Source of the DNA: Syntrophomonadaceae bacterium
GTDB taxonomy: Bacteria > Bacillota > Syntrophomonadia > Syntrophomonadales > Syntrophomonadaceae
DNA: 18,249 nucleotides
Assembly: GCA_035353375.1 (NCBI GenBank)
Contig: DAOPZM010000018.1
Coordinates: forward strand, 37,436-55,684
Direction: 5' to 3'
The notes beneath the pieces are model-generated. The model saw nothing but the letters and a program-made list of their open reading frames with translations, was not told where the DNA came from and searched no databases. Within the stretch, counting starts at the first letter, position 1. Each line of letters starts with the position of its first letter. Below are positions 8,180-15,000 of this stretch, piece by piece. The translations under genes and the position numbers were made by a program.

Positions 8180-9004
8180 ATGGAAGATAACGGGCAGATT
8201 AAAAACAATTGGTTGAGTAAAATTTTTAAGCATAGTTTTACTTTTTTATTTATCATACTTGGGTTTCTGATACTGCTGTTTATATTGGTGCCCTTGTTTA
8301 AGATGGTTTTTCTCTCAGATAAGGAAGCTATGTGGTTAGCCCTTCTCGACAGTGAAACCATACAGGCGGTCTGGCTTTCCATATATGCGGCCCTGATCGC
8401 TACTGCGATTGGCTTTGTTCTGGGAGTTCCCCTTGCTTATCTTTTCGCCCGCTATGAGTTTCCCGGCAAAAACATTTTTGAAGGTTTAATAGATCTGCCA
8501 ATCGTGGTGCCTCATTCTGCAGCAGGCATAGCCTTGCTTTTTGTCTTCGGCAGTAATTTTATAGTTGGGAAAGGATTTAAGCTGTTTGGTATCCAATTCG
8601 TTGATTCCCTGGCCGGGATCATCATCGCTATGCTGTTTGTAAGTGTGCCTATCTTAATTAGTTCAGCGAAGGAAAGTTTCAGAAAGGTGGATGTACGCCT
8701 GGAAAAGGTCGCGCGTACATTGGGAGCTTCTCCCTGGCAGACTTTTTTCAGGATCTCCTTCCCTTTGGCCTGGCGCAGCATACTGGCGGGGAGCTTGATG
8801 ATGTGGGCCAGAGGTATGAGCGAATTCGGTGCGGTAATTATTCTTACTTACCACCCGACAACCGCTCCGGTCCTTATCTATGAACGGTTTGAGACTTTTG
8901 GGTTGGCGCAGGCAATTCCAGTGGCGGCTATTATGATAATCATCAGTGCTGTTGTTTTTATTGGGGTTCAAACTCTTTTACGCTGGAGGAAAAACTATGA
9001 TTAG
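8180..9004 (+). CDS. wtpB: Tungstate/molybdate ABC transporter permease (ModB/WtpB-like)
   Basis: AGGAG RBS at 8169-8173. Multi-TM protein with the ABC-permease EAA-type loop ARTLGASPWQTFFRISFPLAWRSILAGSLMMWARGMSEFGAV. Located between the SBP and ATPase genes. Confidence 0.8.
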   Translation: MEDNGQIKNNWLSKIFKHSFTFLFIILGFLILLFILVPLFKMVFLSDKEAMWLALLDSETIQAVWLSIYAALIATAIGFVLGVPLAYLFARYEFPGKNIFEGLIDLPIVVPHSAAGIALLFVFGSNFIVGKGFKLFGIQFVDSLAGIIIAMLFVSVPILISSAKESFRKVDVRLEKVARTLGASPWQTFFRISFPLAWRSILAGSLMMWARGMSEFGAVIILTYHPTTAPVLIYERFETFGLAQAIPVAAIMIIISAVVFIGVQTLLRWRKNYD

Positions 9005-10049
9005 CTTAGCTGGAGTAAACTTGCAGTTACATGGATTTGCCCTTCAGGATATCAACCTAAAAATAGACAACGGCGATTATTTCATATTGGTTGGTCCTTC
9101 AGCTTCGGGTAAAACGTTGCTATTGGAAACCATAGCTGGTTTGCACAATGTCACCTCCGGCAAAATCTGGATCGATGGCAGAGATATAACCTCATTGGAG
9201 TCGGAAAAAAGGAATATCGGCATGGTGTATCAGGATTGTGCCCTGTTTCCACACCTGACAGTCAGGGATAACATTGTTTTCGGTTTGGTTATCAGGGGGA
9301 AGAAACCCGCTGTGATTAACCGTGAACTCAAACGGATAGTGCAGCTTCTTAACATTGGGTATCTGCTTGACAGAAGACCCCATAATCTCAGCGGCGGCGA
9401 AAAACAGAAGGTGGCTTTGGCCCGGGCCCTGGTTACTAATCCGGAACTGCTGCTTCTGGATGAACCTCTGGGCGCTCTTGATCCGCAGACACGAGAGACT
9501 GTAAGGCAGGAGATCAATAAACTCCATCAGGAATTGGGTATTACCATTTTGCATGTTACCCACGATTTTGAAGAGGCGGTTACTTTAGGGACACGAATAG
9601 CAGTGATCGGGGAAGGCTCAATAAAGCAGGCCGGTCTGCCGGATGAAATTTTCCATCATCCTAATTCCAGGTTTGTAGCTTATTTCACGATGGCAGTAAA
9701 TGTATTCCCCGGAGCGGCCGAAAGGGAGAACGACAACAAAACGTTTTTTATAGTTGAAAATACCAGATTTGAAACTGAAGAAAGTATTACCGGGGCTTGT
9801 TATGCGGCCATCCGCCCTGAAAATATATTGCTCTCAAACACCTTCCCGGTAAACAATGGCCAGGGCTTTTTCACGGGGGTGATAACCGGGATTATTAACA
9901 GGGGCTCAATTATAAACATAATAGTCGATCTGCCCCCAACGTTGGTTTGCCTGCTTACCCGCAATGCATTCGAGCAAATGAATCTAACGGTGGGTCAGCA
10001 GGTGTACCTGACAGTGCCGCCATCATCAGTTTATTTATTTACAGATTAG
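8997..10049 (+). CDS. wtpC: Tungstate/molybdate ABC transporter ATP-binding protein with a C-terminal TOBE-like domain (ModC/WtpC-like)
   Basis: Walker A GPSASGKT, Q-loop, signature LSGGEKQKVALARAL, Walker B LLLLDEP and H-loop HVTHD. The C-terminal ~100 aa are TOBE-like (IRPENILL ... GVITGIINRGSIINIIVDL ... GQQVYLTVPPSSVYLF). I prefer ATG 8997 (GGAGGA at 8984-8989, 8-nt overlap with the wtpB stop) over the track start 8946, which lies inside wtpB and adds a non-homologous 17-aa leader. Confidence 0.85.
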   Translation: MISLAGVNLQLHGFALQDINLKIDNGDYFILVGPSASGKTLLLETIAGLHNVTSGKIWIDGRDITSLESEKRNIGMVYQDCALFPHLTVRDNIVFGLVIRGKKPAVINRELKRIVQLLNIGYLLDRRPHNLSGGEKQKVALARALVTNPELLLLDEPLGALDPQTRETVRQEINKLHQELGITILHVTHDFEEAVTLGTRIAVIGEGSIKQAGLPDEIFHHPNSRFVAYFTMAVNVFPGAAERENDNKTFFIVENTRFETEESITGACYAAIRPENILLSNTFPVNNGQGFFTGVITGIINRGSIINIIVDLPPTLVCLLTRNAFEQMNLTVGQQVYLTVPPSSVYLFTD

Positions 10050-10176
10050 CATTTACAGCTATAAAATCAGCTTTATTAAGAGCGCCAAATTCGAAGAACG
10101 AAAACAAGACAGCGGAAGTTTATTTTAATCGAATTTATAATTACATAAGAATCGGCTGAGGAAAGGGGGAGAAAAA

Positions 10177-11358
10177 TTGCTGAAGCACATACTGAACAGT
10201 TTATGGCTGACAAGAGTGAAGGCAATGGCCGTGATTTTATTTGTGACAGTGATAGTGATTTTACCGCAATCAACGGAAGCTGCTCCCACTACCAGCTTAA
10301 CCATAAAAAAAATGGCTGTTGACGGAAAAACAGTTCTGGCGAAAAAAACAATTGATTACCATTGGATGATGGATCCCAATAACATTCCGGTGATGGGGGA
10401 TGGTATGACCCATTACTATCATCAGGGCCCCGTCTTTGTTGATGATCCTGATCCGGATACAGAAGAAGCGCTGCGCTGGAATCCTGCGGAAGATACTAAT
10501 GTACGGGAGAAGGACATGGGAGCCCTGATGGGAACGAATGTCAAGGACCTGTGTAATCTGGTCGGCGGCATGGCTGAGCACGATACGCTGAGAATAAAAG
10601 CTCAGGACGGGTTGAGTAAACAATTTGCCTATAAGAATATATATCAATACTCAAGTCGGGAAGGACCTATGGTAATATCTTGGTACAAGGACGGTCAATA
10701 TCCTGACAGCGGATTTTCTGATGGCATGCGTCTGGTTTGGCTTGCAGACACCTCGACCAATCCGTGGGGTATCCACGTTTTTGGCAATTGGGACTGGTGC
10801 CAGGCGGCAGAAGAAAATTATTGGTACTATTATCAAAGCGGCGATGAAAAGTATCCTACAACTACCGGGCTTTCAGTGATGTTCGTCAATGAGCTGATAA
10901 TAAACAGTACTGAGCCTGTGCCTGAGGGGCCGATAGTTCCGGCGGCCGGGTTCAAGGCCGATAAGACATCAGGCTATGAACCACTGACTGTGAATTTTAC
11001 AGACCAGTCGGCAAACTCTCCGACTTCATGTGCATGGGACTTTGACAATGACGGCAGGATTGACAGTACAGACAAGAGCCCGTCCTATACCTTTGAAAGC
11101 GCAGGCCAGTACAGTGTAAAATTGACCGTGAACAATTATGCCGGCAGCGATTCTGAGGTTAAGCTGGATTACATAATAGTCGATCCTGCAAAATCCAATG
11201 AAGTTGCCAATGAAAAGCCTGCTCCATTGGAGCAGGAGAAACCTTCGCCTGATACGAATAAAAAACAATTTGACTATGCAAAAAAGGTGTTCATTCCGGC
11301 TATGGTGATTATTGCTCTTGGCCTGGGAATAATCCTGCTTAGAAAGAAGGACAGGTAA
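10177..11358 (+). CDS. Extracytoplasmic membrane-anchored protein: divergent sulfite-oxidase-fold-like module + PKD domain + C-terminal TM anchor
   Basis: TTG start at 10177 preceded by GAAAGGGGGAG. Signal peptide ...ILPQSTEAAP. Paralogue motifs: GDGMTHYYHQGPVF, GTNVKDLCNLVGGM, YPTTTGLS. PKD domain at ~10948-11185 (PLTVNFTDQS...WDFDNDG...SPSYTFESAGQYSVKLTVNN). C-terminal TM plus basic tail: IPAMVIIALGLGIILLRKKDR. Confidence 0.85.
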   Translation: MLKHILNSLWLTRVKAMAVILFVTVIVILPQSTEAAPTTSLTIKKMAVDGKTVLAKKTIDYHWMMDPNNIPVMGDGMTHYYHQGPVFVDDPDPDTEEALRWNPAEDTNVREKDMGALMGTNVKDLCNLVGGMAEHDTLRIKAQDGLSKQFAYKNIYQYSSREGPMVISWYKDGQYPDSGFSDGMRLVWLADTSTNPWGIHVFGNWDWCQAAEENYWYYYQSGDEKYPTTTGLSVMFVNELIINSTEPVPEGPIVPAAGFKADKTSGYEPLTVNFTDQSANSPTSCAWDFDNDGRIDSTDKSPSYTFESAGQYSVKLTVNNYAGSDSEVKLDYIIVDPAKSNEVANEKPAPLEQEKPSPDTNKKQFDYAKKVFIPAMVIIALGLGIILLRKKDR

Positions 11359-11514
11359 TATAAATTGATATTAGCAGGGATATATTGAGACATAAATGCA
11401 AATTCAATTTGACAACAGGCAGCAAATATTATTTGTTTACCAACTCTGTTTAAGAGAAAAGGGTTCGTACAAGTGGTGATTAATAAAATGTAATCACGGC
11501 TGCCGGTTTTTATC

Positions 11515-11549
11515 AATCCGAACGTACCTTATATAAAGGAGTTCGGATT
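11515..11549 (+). terminator. Stem-loop in the intergenic region downstream of the PKD gene; possible terminator or RNA structure
   Basis: AATCCGAAC (11515-11523) pairs with GTTCGGATT (11541-11549). An inner CCTT/AAGG pairing (11527-11530 / 11536-11539) extends it. A TTTTTT run occurs only at 11562-11567, so it is not canonical. Confidence 0.3.
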
Positions 11550-11655
11550 ATTTGTCGGAGGTTTTTTCAAAACCGTGATACTTTTTTATGGCTTAGAAAA
11601 TGTTCAAACATTTCACCATTATTCGAAGTGGATTATGGTCATCCAAAAAAAACGG

Positions 11656-11699
11656 TTACATTTTGAATGAAATGTAAAAGCTGTTATTTCAGTTATAAT
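11656..11699 (+). promoter_or_regulatory. Perfect 8-bp inverted repeat plus consensus -10 box upstream of the RyR gene
   Basis: TTACATTT (11656-11663), 6-nt spacer TGAATG, AAATGTAA (11670-11677). TATAAT at 11694-11699. There is no good -35 hexamer; the right arm of the repeat sits where -35 would be. ATG at 11755 is preceded by AAGGAG. Confidence 0.35.
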
Positions 11700-11754
11700 A
11701 GTATCAAAGAAACAATGAATCAAGTAATCAATCAATATTTAAGGAGAATACCAT

Positions 11755-12039
11755 ATGGCTTATAAACCTGAACCGATCAACACTTCCAGTATTCAATTGA
11801 ATGACGGCATAAAGGAACTTACAGAACTATTGGCTGAAAATGCCCATGATATCTGGGCTCTGCAGCGCATGAGTGATGGATGGGTTTACGGGAGAAAACG
11901 CAATGATGAAAAAAAGGAACATCCCTGTTTGATTGCTTATGAGCAGTTACCCGAAGCGGAGAAAGAGTATGATCGTAAAATAGCAATGGAAACAATAAAG
12001 GTTATTATTGCCCTGGGATATCGAATCGAAAAAGCATAA
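11755..12039 (+). CDS. Stand-alone RyR (ryanodine-receptor repeat) domain protein, 94 aa
   Basis: Strong AAGGAG RBS. Near full-length match to the RyR repeat consensus as known from animal RyR channels: P-x-P-(I/V)-(N/D)-TS-x-I-x-L ... LAEN-x-H-x-x-W ... GW-x-YG ... R-x-D-x-x-K-x-HPCL ... LPE-x-E-x-x-YD ... ETIK-x-x-x-ALGY. Confidence 0.9.
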   Translation: MAYKPEPINTSSIQLNDGIKELTELLAENAHDIWALQRMSDGWVYGRKRNDEKKEHPCLIAYEQLPEAEKEYDRKIAMETIKVIIALGYRIEKA

Positions 12040-12096
12040 CCCGGGATATATTTAATGAAGAATATTTGATATTTTGCTTTTTGGGGGGAGAGGCAA

Positions 12097-15000
12097 ATGG
12101 ACAATATTGTAAAATGGCATTCCCAGGGCATATTCATCTCCAGTACTTTTCGGGATATGCATGCCGAAAGAGGGTATCTGCAGGACATCGTATTTCCCGA
12201 GCTGGAGAAGAGACTGAGAGAAAGCGCTTATCCATATCATATCGAACCCATCGATCTGCGCTGGGGAGTAGAGACTGCCGGGCTTAATGAACAGCAGCAA
12301 AAAGAAACAGAAGTATTGAAAGTATGCCTGAACGAAATCGAGCGCAGCCGCCCCTTTATGATCGTCCTGCTGGGTGACCGCTATGGCTGGGTACCACCGG
12401 CAGTCAATATCAAAAGAGCCATAGAAGGCACCGGCTATTCCTGTGATATAAACGGGCGAAGCGTTACCGCCCTGGAAATAGAATACGGCATCCTGAACTC
12501 ACTGGCTGAATATAAACGCTGCTTCTTCTACTTCCGCAACCCCCTGCCTTATGAAAACATGCCAGCGAATACAGCCGCCAGATACAGTGACCGGTACAAT
12601 CCTGATGAGCAAGCCAGCTATCCCAAACTGCAGGCATTAAAACAGCGCATCAAAGAAACCGGCCATGGACCGGTCAGAGAATATTGGGCGGACTGGAACC
12701 AGAGCGATCAGGAAGTCAGCGGGCTGGAAGCATTCGGAGATCTGGTAACTGAAGACCTGTGGCAGGCTATACAGGAAGAATGCCGGAGAACGATAGAAGA
12801 ACAGCCCCGGACCTGGCAGGAAGAAGAACAATGGCTGCTGGAACAATACATAGAAAACCGGTATCCATACTATCACAGCGCCAGCCTCATTCAGCAGCAG
12901 ATGGCAGCCAGCATCCGTCAGCAAGCAGTTCAGAGCCTAAAAGACTTCCTTTTATCCCCGCCGGGATCAGGTACAGCCAGAGGAATATGTCTGGCAGGAG
13001 AACCCGGGGCCGGCAAAAGCACCTTGTTTGCCCGTCTCTGCCGGGAAATGCAGCAGGAAGATGTATTGATACTGGCCCATGCCGGAGGCATCGGCAGCCG
13101 GGCCGGAAACAGCCAGACCATGCTGCGCCTGTGGATACAAGCCATGAATAAATTTCTCGGTCTAAAGGATACCTCAGACTCACTTGATACCCGCAAAGAA
13201 ACAGAAGATACCTTCGCCGAACTGTTGTCCCGCTCTGCAGTCAAAAAACGGGTCATAGTAATGATAGATGCCTTGAATGAATTTCAGGACAGCCAGGCTA
13301 AGTACCTCACCTGGCTGCCGGAGATATGGCCAAATAATGCCCGCTTGCTGATCACCACCATTACCGGCGCCGAACCGAAAGTGCGCAACCTGGAAATCAA
13401 GTACCTGGCAGCGTTGACAAAAAACGAAGCAACAGCCGTTTGCCAGGTAATATGCAGCCGTTATCACAAAACCCTGAATTCCCAGGTCGAAAAAATCATA
13501 TTATCCCATAAGCATAATGATCAGCCCTCATACGGCAATCCCTTGTGGATCCAGTTAGCCATCAATGAGATACTCACCCTGGACGAAGATGATTATGCCC
13601 GCCTGGAAAAAGATGAACTTCAGGGAACCGCCGAAGCAAGACTGCTGTCCATGCTGCTCGATACAGCGCAAAAACTGCCCCCGGATGTTCCCGGACTGTA
13701 CCAGTCCCTGACCGAAAAACTGGAGAACCTTTTTGGAGCGTCCCAGGTAAAAAGCCTATTAAGCCTGATTGCCGTCAGCCGCATGGGACTACGCGAAAGC
13801 GATCTTAAACAGCTGGTACCCGTAATGACCGGGGAGGCTTGGCAGGACCTGACCTTTGCCCGGATAAGAAACTATCTGGGAAGTCATCTGGTGCAGAGAG
13901 GGACAGAAAACCTGTGGAACTTCTTCCACCAGCAAGCCAAAATATCAGTCATGAACCGTTATCTGAAAAACGAAGCCGACTTAAAAAACCTCCATGCCGT
14001 AATCGCCGCTTATCTGGAAACCCTCACCCGGCAAGATCCCTTAAGGATCAACGAAATCATGTACCACTATATCCATGCGGATGACAAGCTAAAAGCTGCC
14101 AAATATTACGGTGCATACGATTTAAATGACCAGGAAATCCAGGGTGCTGCTCAGGCTCTGGCCAGCCATATCATCAATAACAGCCACGATGAAGCTCTGG
14201 AGTGGGTCTGCAGCCTGCTGCAAAGTCCGTTATCAGCGGATGAAATATGTATAATAGCAAATCACAATAACGCTTATTTGCTCACATATCTTGAGCACTT
14301 CGTAAGCCTTGCTGATCAGACTGTTTTACTTAATACGGCTAAGACTGCCCTTATTAAGATTGTTGATGAGCATTCCGATAATTTAATCTATAGGCGAAAT
14401 CTTTCTGTTAGCTACGACCGGCTGGGCAGAGCAGAAGCTACCCGGGGCAACTGGGCAGGAGCCCGGCAGTATTACCAGAACAGCCTGGAAATCAGAAAAG
14501 AACTGGCCAAGCTTTACCCGGACAATGCAGAATATAGGCGGGAACTATTCGTAAGCTACGATAGGCTGGGTGAAGTGGAAGAGACCCGGGGCAACTGGGA
14601 AGGAGCCATGCAGTATTACCAGGATAGCTTGAAAATTATTAAAGAATTGGTCAGGCTTTATCCGGATAATACCCAATACAAGCGGGATCTATACATAAGC
14701 TGCCAGAAGATGGGCGGAGTGGCAGAACCCCGGGGTAACTGGGAAGGAGCCCGGCAGTATTATCAGGACAGCCTGGAGATGATAAAAGAACTGGTCAATC
14801 TTTTCCCGGATAGTACTCAATACAATCAGGATTTGTCCATAGGGTACAACAGGTTGGCCAATGTGGAAGAAACCCGGGGCAACTGGGAAATAGCCCGGGT
14901 ATATTATGGGGACAGTCTGGAAATTACAAAAGAACTAGTCAGGTTTTTCCCGGAAAATGCTCGGTTCAAGTGGGATTTGTCCATAAATTATATCAATCTG

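Noticed and set aside
8946-8996. ORF-track start codon for the ABC ATPase at 8946
   Set aside because: It lies within wtpB in another frame and has no RBS. It adds 17 residues (MLLFLLGFKLFYAGGKT) absent from ABC ATPases. ATG 8997 has a GGAGGA RBS and the usual ATPase N-terminus.
5997-10836. Shadow ORFs across the transporter region (5997-6272, 8167-8382, 8512-8781, 8663-8971, 9192-9563, 9230-9517, 9947-10159, 10076-10273, 10297-10647, 10651-10836)
   Set aside because: For the same reasons: they are embedded in or antisense to confidently identified genes, with no motifs and no plausible translation signals.
11026-14084. ORFs 11026-11268(-), 11274-11516(-), 11937-12188(-), 12052-12300(-), 12066-12287(+), and the 12637-13467 and 13839-14084 groups overlapping the PKD, RyR or STAND genes
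   Set aside because: They overlap well-supported CDSs out of frame or antisense. The 12759-13467 group is Arg/Pro/Ser-rich, as expected for alternative-frame reads of a GC-richer coding stretch. None has an RBS.
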